Of a DNA stretch of 64,000 nucleotides, positions 49,998 to 60,410 are shown one piece after another (position 1 is the first letter of the stretch; every line of letters starts with the position of its first letter). Origin of the DNA: a virus; the IMG/VR virus record IMGVR_UViG_3300027977_000009, one strand, 5' to 3'. A model generated the notes under the pieces. That model was not told the origin of the DNA, did not search any database, and was given only the letters and a program-made list of their open reading frames with translations. Both the position numbers and the translations under genes were made by a program.

Positions 49998-50317
49998 TAT
50001 ATCGTGAAACTTTCTCCGCAACCACAATAGTCGGTCGCATTAGGATTGATAAAGCTAAATTTCGAATCAAAATCTTTCTGTAAATAATCTATGATTGTTC
50101 CCTTCAAGTACTCGACTGACTTAGGGTCAACAAACAAGACAAATCCATTTTGAGCAAGCGTGATGTCCGTGCTTATTGCAGTATCGACGTAATCTAGAAC
50201 GTAAGATAGTCCAGAACATCCGGTATTTTTCACGCTGACTCTGATGCCTATACCAGAGCCGCGCTTCGATAGATGTTGTTTGATTTTTTCTTCGGCGTGT
50301 TTAGTTAATGTAATCAT
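49997..50317 (-). CDS. iscA: A-type Fe-S carrier IscA/HesB
   Basis: GCSGLSY, NPNA..CGCGESF. Confidence 0.93.
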   Translation of the reverse strand: MITLTKHAEEKIKQHLSKRGSGIGIRVSVKNTGCSGLSYVLDYVDTAISTDITLAQNGFVLFVDPKSVEYLKGTIIDYLQKDFDSKFSFINPNATDYCGCGESFTI

Positions 50318-50371
50318 TACAATATTTACTTTATTCTATAGTATAGATCAAGTTATTGCAAACGTCAAGTT

Positions 50372-50701
50372 TTATTTCATTGCTCTTTTAGCCATTTTAG
50401 CGACTGTGTTATTAGCGTCACTGTCGGGTAATTCTGGAGCGGGGGTTCCCTGTTGTCCCTTAAATACTATTTTGTCTCCCTGGATGTTCTTAATAAGGTC
50501 TTTTAATGGCGGAGATTTGATCATTCCATACAAGTCTTCAACATCAAGAATAACATCGTAATTTTGAAAATAATTCAATAGGTCTTCGACGGTGTAATCG
50601 TCTCCGAGTTCCCCGTCTTTGAGATCCTGTGCTAATTGATTAGTCAATGCTACAATTTTAGCAACGAAGGTTCGGTCTTGATCTAGTTCAAAAAGAAGCA
50701 T
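50372..50701 (-). CDS. hypothetical protein
   Basis: MLLFEL start. Confidence 0.65.
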   Translation of the reverse strand: MLLFELDQDRTFVAKIVALTNQLAQDLKDGELGDDYTVEDLLNYFQNYDVILDVEDLYGMIKSPPLKDLIKNIQGDKIVFKGQQGTPAPELPDSDANNTVAKMAKRAMK

Positions 50702-50705
50702 TTGG

Positions 50706-51395
50706 TTATCGCTTCATTCTTCCTACGCTGCTCATCGAAGCATTTGGTTCTTCCGGGCTACCTAGATCAGGCATCGGAGGAAGGTCTTCCTCTGCTGGAG
50801 CTTCGTCGTCCAAACCAAAATCTACTTCTTCGTCCCCCATATCAGGTTCGCTTCCGAATTCATTCATATTACCTTGACCAGTTAAACCGTTAAGTGCGTT
50901 TGTCATTGCGGTTTTTGCTGATTGAAGCGCAGTGTTAAGCGTCGCCAGTGCGCCACCGGCCTGTTGGTTGTATGTGTCACTTTCAGTAACCCCGATTTCA
51001 GATTGAATCGAGTCAACAATGGCTGGTAATTCTTTGACGAGCATATCGTTAACATCTTCATAATACTTCTGAATCGAGTCAACCATGTCTTGCGCCGCAA
51101 GAATAACTTGTGATCTATCTACTTCTTCGTTTTCGAACACGATACGAGGAGTCTTAGCTACTCTCAAGTGTTGAGATAGTACTTGTTCCATAAACTTCAA
51201 CTTCAAATAAGTTGGATCGTTCAGTGCTGTATGAAACTTGGGTGATCTTCTAGATTCGTTGATAAGGCTATTTACTCTGTTAAGCATTGCACGAGTCTTT
51301 GCTTGGTCTAGTTTAGATACATCAAAATTCATAGCAAAAGACTCGTGCAATGCTCTAGCCGCTGCGTTCTTTTTGTCAAAATCATTAAGTTTCAT
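50706..51395 (-). CDS. hypothetical helical protein with acidic tail (possible head scaffold/core)
   Basis: late promoter; LHE, INE, VFE sites. Confidence 0.6.
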   Translation of the reverse strand: MKLNDFDKKNAAARALHESFAMNFDVSKLDQAKTRAMLNRVNSLINESRRSPKFHTALNDPTYLKLKFMEQVLSQHLRVAKTPRIVFENEEVDRSQVILAAQDMVDSIQKYYEDVNDMLVKELPAIVDSIQSEIGVTESDTYNQQAGGALATLNTALQSAKTAMTNALNGLTGQGNMNEFGSEPDMGDEEVDFGLDDEAPAEEDLPPMPDLGSPEEPNASMSSVGRMKR

Positions 51396-51440
51396 GAGTA
51401 GTACTCTTCCCGTGTTGATATAGTATTTATCACACCTAGT

Positions 51441-51920
51441 CTAAAAACTTGGACGTTTAAGTTTTTTAAACCTAGTAGACTGGATGTGCTTACAGCTATT
51501 TATATAATAAGTGAGTTCGTCGAGAATACCTCTACGCTTCGTCCTATCTTGTTGCAGTTTAACAGTGTATATGAAATTAGATTCAGTAGTATTGGACATT
51601 TTGATCAAACGTTTGTGTATAGTGATTTCAGTTTCGATGCTGCATAGTTTCAAATCTAACATTTCGAACTTTTCTGCTTCTCGATATTTACGTTCGTTGT
51701 GTAACACACACCAGATAGTCGCATTCCTAAGCGTAGCGAAATCGATTGGTTTTGGCATGACGTTGGACTTTACTCTATAGTAACCAGACTCTGCAAGAAC
51801 AATGGTATATTTTCCATATAGCTCATAGGTTCCTTTTTTGTCATACGTGATGATTACATGTTTAAGATCAGAGCTAAGTTCTGACATAAAAAAATGATCG
51901 AGTTTTATCGCATTGTGCAT
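51441..51920 (-). CDS. hypothetical protein
   Basis: TAATG coupling. Confidence 0.6.
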   Translation of the reverse strand: MHNAIKLDHFFMSELSSDLKHVIITYDKKGTYELYGKYTIVLAESGYYRVKSNVMPKPIDFATLRNATIWCVLHNERKYREAEKFEMLDLKLCSIETEITIHKRLIKMSNTTESNFIYTVKLQQDRTKRRGILDELTYYINSCKHIQSTRFKKLKRPSF

Positions 51921-52357
51921 TATACTACCTCAAAATAGATGTTCTTTAACTCGTCTGAAGTGTCCAAAAATGCCGGCATCGTATCTTGTTGTCCATAACA
52001 TAATATCATCGGGACACCGTCGCAGTCCTTGTACAATGCCCCTAATGGAACAATTCCATTCTCAAAAACGCTAGAATGCTGTACTTCAAATTCAAATTTC
52101 CAATAGTGTTTGAGGTTGTTTCTGTACAAAACCCCAAACTTGCCAAATTCTGTTTCATGAACGTTTATTTTATTTGGCATTTTAATTACTTCGGGCTGTG
52201 AACGCAATGATATAACTTGCAACAAAGTATCAAAATTACATTGTGTATTGCGCCGATTTATCCAATCGTCAACGTCATCAGAATTAGGTTTACTTCTATT
52301 CATTACTCCGGTGTGTGTAATATCAAACAGTGTAAGGCAACTGATACGATGTGACAT
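51920..52357 (-). CDS. hypothetical protein
   Basis: late promoter just upstream. Confidence 0.65.
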   Translation of the reverse strand: MSHRISCLTLFDITHTGVMNRSKPNSDDVDDWINRRNTQCNFDTLLQVISLRSQPEVIKMPNKINVHETEFGKFGVLYRNNLKHYWKFEFEVQHSSVFENGIVPLGALYKDCDGVPMILCYGQQDTMPAFLDTSDELKNIYFEVV

Positions 52358-52375
52358 AGATATATTTAGAGTACA

Positions 52376-52407
52376 AAAACCCGAGAATAATTAAATTCTC
52401 GGGTTTT
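52376..52407 (-). terminator. rho-independent terminator
   Basis: AAAACCCGAGAAT/ATTCTCGGGTTTT stem. Confidence 0.85.
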
Positions 52408-52428
52408 CGATTTTATGTATGACTATAA

Positions 52429-52842
52429 TTAGCCAGTGAAGGTAGCGTATGCGAGACCAGTTGTAGTGTTAGCAACTGAAGCAGCAGTAAGCGCAGCATT
52501 GACTGCTGCAACAACGTTAGCACTTGCGCCGTAAGTAGCGTCAGCAACTGCCCAAACGCCAACTGGATAAATAGCGAATGCTATAGTATCAGGGCCAGCA
52601 GTGGTGAACTCATACATGTGGATAGTAGCTTTTTGCTGAACAGTCTGAACGATGACGTTTACTTGTGTTGTGCTGAAAGCTGATGTGCTGGCTGCAACGA
52701 TAGTGAAGAAGTCGAGCTTTGGACCCTGTGGCTGAACTGTTGCAGCCGAAGTAACAGCGTTAACACCAGTGTTGGTGTATGCTGGGGAGTCTATATTCAA
52801 TACTGGCTTGAAGTCGCCGTTTGTACGTGTAAATTGTGCCAT
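52429..52842 (-). CDS. small A/T/V-rich protein, probable abundant virion (decoration) protein
   Basis: own late promoter, GAGG SD and terminator; strongly biased codons. Confidence 0.6.
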   Translation of the reverse strand: MAQFTRTNGDFKPVLNIDSPAYTNTGVNAVTSAATVQPQGPKLDFFTIVAASTSAFSTTQVNVIVQTVQQKATIHMYEFTTAGPDTIAFAIYPVGVWAVADATYGASANVVAAVNAALTAASVANTTTGLAYATFTG

Positions 52843-52926
52843 ATTAGTATTCCTCTAAAAAAGTGAGTTCATTGACTCATGCATATATTTATGCCTAATA
52901 TTAAAAAAATAGGATCTGGGTATGAT

Positions 52927-54060
52927 TTATCTCTGGACTGCACGATTGGCGGCGGTAAATCCGCTACGATTTACAAGTTTGATATCCCCCTGCGGATCTG
53001 CGATGACGTACCCCTCCCCGCCAGGTTGGCCTGCGGTCTTGGCTTTGATGCTACTACTCTTATCGAGTTGCACAATAATATCATTCTTTACATTCATTAT
53101 GCCTGCAACCAATGTCCATAATGCTTGCCAGCCCGTAAGATTATCAGATATATGCTGGATTATTTTAGCTTGCTTGACAGTACTTACTTTACTGGATGCT
53201 AACCATTGTTGGAAATCAGCGCCGATATTGGTTAGACCCGTGTCTACTTTGCTATTCACGTAAGTATAGAGTATGTTAGCAAAATCACTTATCTTCTTTT
53301 CACGCAACTCACTATCATCCAACAACATATCGATATCGCGTCCGTGTGCACGAGCGATTGACATCAGTTTGTTAGTTGCTTTGTTATCTACCTGCGGTGG
53401 TTGTTCTACTGTTACTGGCGGAACTACTAATAGTTCTCCACTACGCAATATTTTACCGTCCGTCAATGGGCTTTCGTTGCCCATTTCATCAATCTGACGG
53501 TGTATTACTACACCTACTTTAGATTGACCGATCTGTTTACCTAATATAGAGTTAGTAGGAACATAATATTCTACTACATTGGGCTTGAATACATAATGTC
53601 CATTAACTACAGGCGGAGTATTGAAATACAACAAGTCACCTTTGAAGTAACCTCTATAATCTTTAGGAACCGCTCTAGCGAATATGTCAAATACGTTCTG
53701 CATATTCGTAGCGAAGTTCACATAACTAGGATTCTCTCTGTTCTTGCCGCCCGACCTGTTCAAGAACATGTTCTTTAAGTCGTTACCTGATTTAGCTTTG
53801 CCGTCATACCCTCTGGCAGTGAATCCACTTTTGTCAGTAAAGATGAACTCTCCATTGTCATCTCTACCAAAAATAACAGCGGGGCTTCCATCCCACTTGA
53901 CAGTAGTAGCTTTGTTGCCACCTTTCTCCATGTTGATTAGACTTTGGATGGCACGAACTGCTCCTTTGCTGCCTTCCCAAAAGAGTATATCTTCCGCATG
54001 CTGGATTCTAGCAGATTCTAATAATACATGCGACTCATTGATAATCTCTCTAATCTTCAT
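52927..54060 (-). CDS. ATP-dependent ligase-fold protein (DUF6267-like)
   Basis: TVKWDG (motif I), FKGDLL, EGYV, IKLVNR; starts MKIREIINE. Confidence 0.7.
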   Translation of the reverse strand: MKIREIINESHVLLESARIQHAEDILFWEGSKGAVRAIQSLINMEKGGNKATTVKWDGSPAVIFGRDDNGEFIFTDKSGFTARGYDGKAKSGNDLKNMFLNRSGGKNRENPSYVNFATNMQNVFDIFARAVPKDYRGYFKGDLLYFNTPPVVNGHYVFKPNVVEYYVPTNSILGKQIGQSKVGVVIHRQIDEMGNESPLTDGKILRSGELLVVPPVTVEQPPQVDNKATNKLMSIARAHGRDIDMLLDDSELREKKISDFANILYTYVNSKVDTGLTNIGADFQQWLASSKVSTVKQAKIIQHISDNLTGWQALWTLVAGIMNVKNDIIVQLDKSSSIKAKTAGQPGGEGYVIADPQGDIKLVNRSGFTAANRAVQR

Positions 54061-54926
54061 AATATAGTATCCAGCAATATCCTAAACCATTCAGTAGAAC
54101 CTATCTTAGCTTCTGATAGATCGGGCTTGATGTCATCTGGAACGCCCGCGTCTTTGACTACCGAGTTGTTTGCGAAATCTTTTAGTATTTTCTTGACTAG
54201 TTCAGGTGGATAATTCTTGTCCATTGCCTTATGTAATGTCTCATATGAATATAAGTCATCTGCGTCGTCTAGTTTAAGTACTTTGGCGATCTCGTCTGGA
54301 TTCTTATAGGGCCCATCGATGATCTTGTTGATGTTTTTCTTTGTGTAGCCGTCACCTTTTTTATTGGGTTCAGGTGTTCTCTTAACTCTGACTAGTCCAT
54401 CGGATGAACTCCACATATATCGTTCAGATTGAAGTGACCTACCATCTGGTATTTTTTCTTCAGAATCTTTGCGATCAAGAAATGCAGCGATTGTTGAAAT
54501 CAAGATGTTTCGATAAACTCCTTTATATTTCGAGTCTTTCTCGTGCGGAGCATGATAGAATGTTTTCATCCAACCCGGATCGCCGGGCATAAAATCAACT
54601 TGAACAAATCCCGTGCGTGGTTTTCCAGGCGTTTCTTTCTCAGGATCGTAATCAGCAATTTTAACTTTAGTCATGATCACCGAACTTTTAGCAAGTTCCA
54701 TGATCTCAGGAATGGACTTTAGTTTCTCAACAAAGGCAGGAATATCATCTGGTTTGATATCGATAGCGACATCGATGTCACCCGAGAATTGCTTTTTACC
54801 AACACTACCCAGAGTGTTATTACGCAAATCTATGCCTAATACTTTTTCCAATGACTTAAGAGTAGGTTCGATCTCACTAATATGAATCGCACCGACTCCG
54901 GGCATCGAGCCGCCTTCTGTAAGCAT
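54057..54926 (-). CDS. Pol-beta superfamily nucleotidyltransferase
   Basis: LGSVGKKQFSGDIDVA, VQVDFM. Confidence 0.75.
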   Translation of the reverse strand: MLTEGGSMPGVGAIHISEIEPTLKSLEKVLGIDLRNNTLGSVGKKQFSGDIDVAIDIKPDDIPAFVEKLKSIPEIMELAKSSVIMTKVKIADYDPEKETPGKPRTGFVQVDFMPGDPGWMKTFYHAPHEKDSKYKGVYRNILISTIAAFLDRKDSEEKIPDGRSLQSERYMWSSSDGLVRVKRTPEPNKKGDGYTKKNINKIIDGPYKNPDEIAKVLKLDDADDLYSYETLHKAMDKNYPPELVKKILKDFANNSVVKDAGVPDDIKPDLSEAKIGSTEWFRILLDTIL

Positions 54927-54929
54927 AAT

Positions 54930-55556
54930 TTATCCTGTAATATTAATTGGGTTTAAAGCTCTAACTAATTCATTATAAGCTTGGGGATTACTCTTGCTCA
55001 AGTTGTCAAGTTCAGTTTTAATCTTTTCTACAGATGCGAGTTCTTGTTGTTGAGCTTTTGTGAATTCTGGAGGAGCGCCCGCCGGCGCTCTTCCTTTGTT
55101 GACGCTAATTAATGCTAGTCCAACTCTTGCTAAAGTCGTGAGATTTTCTTTTACGTTTTTAGGATATTCATCCTGTAATTTTTTGAGATTTTGTTGAACA
55201 ACCGTTTTGCTCGATTCCCAATTTACCCCGTACATATAATGAGCGAACCAATCCATCATAAAATCACTGATTGTTCTTAGTTCTGTTTCTTCGTTAATAT
55301 TAATAATACTTTCGAGGACATGATTCATCATGTCATACCTCGATTCGGTTGGGATGGTTGATTTTGCGTTTGGATCAATCAATCCGCCTTTGATGCCGTT
55401 GTTCAATGAAGTTGCTGCGTCTCCTACAAAATCTTTGATAAAAATATCCTGAATCATCTGAGACTTGATTGTGGTTCCGGGCTGACCTTTACTTCTAAAT
55501 GCCGCAGCGCCTACGTCTCCGATTACGTTGTGTAATCCTATTTCATTAATTTTCAT
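54930..55556 (-). CDS. hypothetical protein
   Basis: starts MKINEI. Confidence 0.6.
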   Translation of the reverse strand: MKINEIGLHNVIGDVGAAAFRSKGQPGTTIKSQMIQDIFIKDFVGDAATSLNNGIKGGLIDPNAKSTIPTESRYDMMNHVLESIININEETELRTISDFMMDWFAHYMYGVNWESSKTVVQQNLKKLQDEYPKNVKENLTTLARVGLALISVNKGRAPAGAPPEFTKAQQQELASVEKIKTELDNLSKSNPQAYNELVRALNPINITG

Positions 55557-55791
55557 TTTTCTTCCTTAAGCTTTTGGAAAATCTTGCCTGATCCTTCCCT
55601 CGGATAGCACTAAGCAATTTCTTTTCGAGTAGTTCTGCTTTTTCAGGAGAATAATTACGCTGCATTAGTTCTATCAAGTTGATAGCACTCGTGATGATAT
55701 TAGATGCACGCGATTCGATCACGTGATTGATATCACGAGTTTCACTATACGACTGCAACTCCTCGAGGAGGCTTTTTGTTTTTTTCTGCAT
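55546..55791 (-). CDS. hypothetical protein
   Basis: late promoter upstream. Confidence 0.6.
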   Translation of the reverse strand: MQKKTKSLLEELQSYSETRDINHVIESRASNIITSAINLIELMQRNYSPEKAELLEKKLLSAIRGKDQARFSKSLRKKNEN

Positions 55792-55836
55792 TGAGAGTAA
55801 AATCCTACTAACAGTATTTATTAAAAAGAAACAAAA

Positions 55837-57237
55837 TCATTTCTTAAGGGAATTCAATAGAGATTTTAATTTTGCGCTTTGAATGTCAGGAACTACTCGT
55901 TTTTCTTCAATAGATGGGTGTGATATATCTATGCTCGTCCCGACACTGCTAGTATTCTTGATCTGACTCATGATCTGGCTTGCACTAGGCTGTGGCTTGC
56001 TATCACCTTCTGGGTCTTCATCAGTAATACGCATAGTTTCAATGTTATATTCTAAGTCAATCTTTTGACCTACACCAGTCGAACTACGAGATTTCATACA
56101 CTGTATCTGGTATTTACCGCGTTCGCGCATCGAGCGTGAAGTAAAGATACCAAACACATTATCAGCAGTATTGATCTTTGAGATACCACCTGCGATGTGA
56201 CTATGATCAAACTCGATCTCTTCGACCGCCGAACGATTCAACTGTGACGCAGTTACCATGAGAACACCTAGTTCTTTCGCTAGGTTTCTAAGTTCTTCCG
56301 AGACATACTTATCTTTGATAAACTGATCGTTTGGATTGACTTTCACTGAGACTGGCATGACAAGATCAAGATAATCGATCATCACGAAGTCTACTTTGAT
56401 ACCGGTCTGAATCTGAACTTCTTTGAGATAGCTACGAATGTCGTTTACTGTGCTTTGTGCAGGCATACCCTTAACACGATATTTACCAGACTTCTTGCCC
56501 ATCATCACGACCTTCAAGCCAGTCGTTTCAATGTCCTTGCGAATGTCTCTTGTACTCATGCTGGTTAACATCGCATCTGTGCGCAACGAAGTTAATTCTT
56601 CTGATAGTTCGAGACTAACATACACTCCACTGAGGCCTCGCTGTAGCCAGTTTAAAGCGATGTTCATCATGACAAGTGACTTACCAGAACCAGAACCACC
56701 CGCAAAGATGTTCAACTCGCCGCGACTAAATCCACCGTACAACAGGCGATCCATCTGAGGCCAACCAGTACTGACTTGTCCACCTGCGTTGAAATACTTA
56801 TGGATACGCTGTTTAGGATCAGCAAAGTAATCAGTACCCATATCCCTCTGGAGGCTGATCTGAACCGCGTCTTTAATCAGTTTCTCGACTGGATCGAATT
56901 CTCCCTTCTCAAGCATGTCGGCTGCTTTGAGGATAGCTCGTTCAAGCTCTTGGCGTTTTGTGAATGATTCAAATTCTTCCAAGAACCAATCGTAGTGCCC
57001 CTCATCTAGTTCAGGGATAGTATCGATAGTTGTTCCGGTCGTTGCTTTGATCTGCAAGGGATCAGGCATCACGCTATACTTTGTAGAATGTTCTACTATG
57101 AATTCTGCAACGGGCCGAAGCGTACGATCAAAATTTGCTGGATTCATGATATTCATAACACGAGTGTATAGGTCTGCATTTGTAACCATCATTCTTAAGA
57201 ATAGTTCTTGCACGTCTGCGTTAAAGTTTTTTATCAT
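55837..57237 (-). CDS. replicative helicase (gp41/DnaB-like)
   Basis: GGSGSGKS, SLELSE, IDYLDL, TASQLNR, KSR. Confidence 0.93.
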   Translation of the reverse strand: MIKNFNADVQELFLRMMVTNADLYTRVMNIMNPANFDRTLRPVAEFIVEHSTKYSVMPDPLQIKATTGTTIDTIPELDEGHYDWFLEEFESFTKRQELERAILKAADMLEKGEFDPVEKLIKDAVQISLQRDMGTDYFADPKQRIHKYFNAGGQVSTGWPQMDRLLYGGFSRGELNIFAGGSGSGKSLVMMNIALNWLQRGLSGVYVSLELSEELTSLRTDAMLTSMSTRDIRKDIETTGLKVVMMGKKSGKYRVKGMPAQSTVNDIRSYLKEVQIQTGIKVDFVMIDYLDLVMPVSVKVNPNDQFIKDKYVSEELRNLAKELGVLMVTASQLNRSAVEEIEFDHSHIAGGISKINTADNVFGIFTSRSMRERGKYQIQCMKSRSSTGVGQKIDLEYNIETMRITDEDPEGDSKPQPSASQIMSQIKNTSSVGTSIDISHPSIEEKRVVPDIQSAKLKSLLNSLKK

Positions 57238-58192
57238 GTTTTCTTTTCGCCATTTCTATTTTGATTTTACTGCTTGTCGCATTTTGTAAGATAGATAAAA
57301 GTGTTGGTAGCTTACCATATTTTAGTACGGCATCATTAACATCTTTTACTCCTGAGCCCCAGTCTGGAATAGACACTTGAAAACCGAACTCTAATGCTTG
57401 TTCGCATATCAGTAATCCTGTTTTATCCTGATCAGGGACGACGATGACTCGTCTATTAAGTTTACGTATAAGTCCTGCTTGTTCTTCACTAATTGTGTTG
57501 TGTGTAAGTGCTAATGCGTTAAGAGATAGTGCATCGAATATGCCTTCAACTACGATACATATTTCCCAGTTTGGTTTCTGCAAATCATATCCAAACACGA
57601 AACCAGGTTGTTGATCTTTAATAAATTTGGGCGCGCGGTTGTCGAGATAACGACTAGTATGTCCTACTATCTTGTTCTTGTACGTATAGGGAATGATGAT
57701 TCTATTACTATTTCTTCCATAGTCATCTGGAGTAACCATGAACGGATAATCCGTAGCTTTCAGTCCCCTACTGTTTATATAATCTACAAATGGTTTATGC
57801 TTTGGATTATTCTCGTCTAATAGTTCAGCTACAGGAAGAGGAACTTCGTTGAATTTGAGATTGATTTTTTGCTTGGCTTCTGTAACATATTCGATCAAAT
57901 CCTTATGTCGTAGGTTTTCTAGATTCCATCTGGTAATCTGATTCTCATCGATACCTAACCAACCAAGGAACTGTTTGGTCACAATCGAAAATTGTCTACC
58001 TAATATAAAGCTACACTTAAAATCACAGTTGAAGCAATGAAAGGTCCAATTTTCACCATGGTGTTTAATGCCGCCGCGCATTCTTGTGTCAACACTATGT
58101 CCGCGATGATGACAGCAAGGAGCATTGAAGCTATACCAGCCATCTTGTGTACGCTTTTTCTTGCCTTGAATAAGTGTCAGGACATCAAACAT
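57221..58192 (-). CDS. DNA primase (gp61-like)
   Basis: Zn finger CC..HCFNC; TOPRIM VEGIFDA, PDQD, KDVND. Confidence 0.88.
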   Translation of the reverse strand: MFDVLTLIQGKKKRTQDGWYSFNAPCCHHRGHSVDTRMRGGIKHHGENWTFHCFNCDFKCSFILGRQFSIVTKQFLGWLGIDENQITRWNLENLRHKDLIEYVTEAKQKINLKFNEVPLPVAELLDENNPKHKPFVDYINSRGLKATDYPFMVTPDDYGRNSNRIIIPYTYKNKIVGHTSRYLDNRAPKFIKDQQPGFVFGYDLQKPNWEICIVVEGIFDALSLNALALTHNTISEEQAGLIRKLNRRVIVVPDQDKTGLLICEQALEFGFQVSIPDWGSGVKDVNDAVLKYGKLPTLLSILQNATSSKIKIEMAKRKHDKKL

Positions 58193-58239
58193 AGTCTATT
58201 GTAACATATTTGATATGAAACTCAAGTATTACGGTTAAG

Positions 58240-59019
58240 CTATCTAGCCAAAATCTTTGTAACTTCGCCTGAATCAGATTCGAATACCATTCTTACGAAT
58301 GGATGATAACCCCTGATAGTATATCCAACCGTGTCACTCGTATTGGCGTAGTAATCGTCAGTTATCGGGTACCAGTCAGTGTCTGGCTGACAGGATCCTT
58401 CAATTAACACATTGCCGTTGTATTCGTTGAATGTAGTTTGGATCGTAAGAATTGGATTATCCTGAGTATTGATTACACTGCTGTAGTATGAACGTGCATT
58501 AGCTGGTAATGTCCACTCGGTTTGGTTATTGAGATTGGGGAAAGGTTGACCAGTTGGAATGGTAATGTTGGATGACGGCACGAACGACGGGAGAACTGAG
58601 TCAACTACATTCAAATCACCGCGCGCTCCTGCGTTCTGATCTACGAATACTGGATAGTTAAACGCACCGACAGGAATCTCTAATGAATAATAGCATTTCT
58701 GAGCAGGGATGTCTTCAACTTCCGCAGCGTTAAGTTCAAGTGCTGCGATTCCAGTCAATGCTAATTGCAAATTAAGAGCTTTTTGAATAAGAACTTCGGT
58801 GCCGTCAGAGTTGATGATTCTGCAAATTATTTCCTTGCCAGTGATGTCAACGGGTTTTTGCTCACTGTTGAGGAACTGGAAGGTTAACCTATTATCTACC
58901 CCCCTATGGAGTGTCAGAGGCTTGCTATACACGGGTAAATATATCCTTCTTGAGTTGCCGGTGTTAACAATAACAATCTGCCTCTGAACGTAAACAAATA
59001 CTGATGTAGAGTAGGACAT
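58240..59019 (-). CDS. probable structural (baseplate-type) protein
   Basis: RGVDN.L.FQFLN..QKPVDITG pattern; late promoter. Confidence 0.55.
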   Translation of the reverse strand: MSYSTSVFVYVQRQIVIVNTGNSRRIYLPVYSKPLTLHRGVDNRLTFQFLNSEQKPVDITGKEIICRIINSDGTEVLIQKALNLQLALTGIAALELNAAEVEDIPAQKCYYSLEIPVGAFNYPVFVDQNAGARGDLNVVDSVLPSFVPSSNITIPTGQPFPNLNNQTEWTLPANARSYYSSVINTQDNPILTIQTTFNEYNGNVLIEGSCQPDTDWYPITDDYYANTSDTVGYTIRGYHPFVRMVFESDSGEVTKILAR

Positions 59020-59062
59020 ATTATATTAATCACCTTTGTCGTCTAATATTTATCATCGGGAG

Positions 59063-59135
59063 ATAAATAAAGATGTAGTTCGCGGGAGTACGAATCCCCA
59101 ACTACTCTAATGCTATAGAAGGAAACATCAGCATG
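59063..59135 (+). promoter_or_regulatory. Late promoter plus conserved structured leader (copy 2)
   Basis: near-identical to 17243-17314. Confidence 0.85.
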
Positions 59136-59975
59136 ACTATTTATTATGTGTACGCATACCTACGCAAAAGTGACAACACCCCTTACTATATAGGAAAAGG
59201 CAAAGATAAACGAGCATATGATCCGAATCATGCTGTTCCTGTTCCCAAAGATAAATCCAAAATCATATTCCTTGAACGAAACTTAACCGAACTCGGAGCA
59301 TTGGCTATTGAACGCAGAATGATTCGTTGGTATGGTAGAAAAGATATAGGAACCGGTATACTTCGTAACCGAACTGACGGTGGCGAGGGTACATCCGGAC
59401 GAATCAACAACTATGGTTTATTAGGAGATAAAAACCCTAGTTATGATCAAAAAGTGTACACCTTTTATCATGTCAACGGTAAGATTGAAGAATCTACCCA
59501 GTACGATTTTCGGATCAAATATAAATTAAACGGGGGAAATCTCAGTGAAGTTATTCACGGCAAACAACCGTCAGTAAAAGGATGGAGGATTACACCTGAA
59601 ACACAGCATAATGCTTTAGGAATGAACCACCCGAGCTTTCATAAAGTACACACGTTTTACCACGAATCCGGCGTTGAAGAAACTTGCGGAAAACTAGAGT
59701 TATCTAATCAATATGGATTATCCCTTAAAGTAATCAGTAGTCTTATACGCGGTGATATAAAGACATGTTGTGGATGGCGAATGAGCAGAAATACCTCAGT
59801 ACATGGTAAGGTGGACACCGCATTGTATAATTTTGTACATACTGATGGTACTGAAAAGCACTGCACAAAGAAAGAACTAATAGATTCATTTGACATCCCT
59901 AGAAGTACATTAAATGCGGTAATAAGAGGTGAACGCGGGTACGTTTCAGCAAAGGGTTGGAAAGTCGTTAACTAA
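59133..59975 (+). mobile_element. GIY-YIG homing endonuclease with three C-terminal DNA-binding repeats
   Basis: YYVYAY..PYYIGKG..RAY, E..MI..YGR, LRN.TDGGEG; repeats Y.F.H..G..E..KGW. Confidence 0.88.
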
Positions 59976-60029
59976 CCCTATAATATGAAAATATTAACTT
60001 TGGGCAATTTGGTGTAAATATACTTTAGC

Positions 60030-60410
60030 ATGAACGCAAACGATTTTTTTAAGAAACTAAACGAAAATTACCCGTTTATAACGGTCTGTTCCTATGCCCA
60101 ACAAGACTATGTTGGCATCATTCAGAATCGAGATTATGTGGTCACTACTATGTATGACTATGGTTCGTTAGCTCTCCCTGAACTAAGAACGAAATTCTTA
60201 GAATTGGGTGAAGTTTGGTGGTGGGAATCAAATAGAACGATCCCCATCAACATATTCTTGAAAGATGAATGGGCTATCTTTAAACCTTATATTCGTACTT
60301 TTAACAACAAGAGTTTAGATATCGTCTATGGCCCAGTCGTTAGTATGACAGATTTCACGAAAAAACGAGCGAAACGCAAAAGCGTTATGTTCATTAAACG
60401 GATGCCTTAA
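60030..60410 (+). CDS. hypothetical protein
   Basis: late promoter TAAATA at ~60015; WWWESNR motif. Confidence 0.7.
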   Translation: MNANDFFKKLNENYPFITVCSYAQQDYVGIIQNRDYVVTTMYDYGSLALPELRTKFLELGEVWWWESNRTIPINIFLKDEWAIFKPYIRTFNNKSLDIVYGPVVSMTDFTKKRAKRKSVMFIKRMP

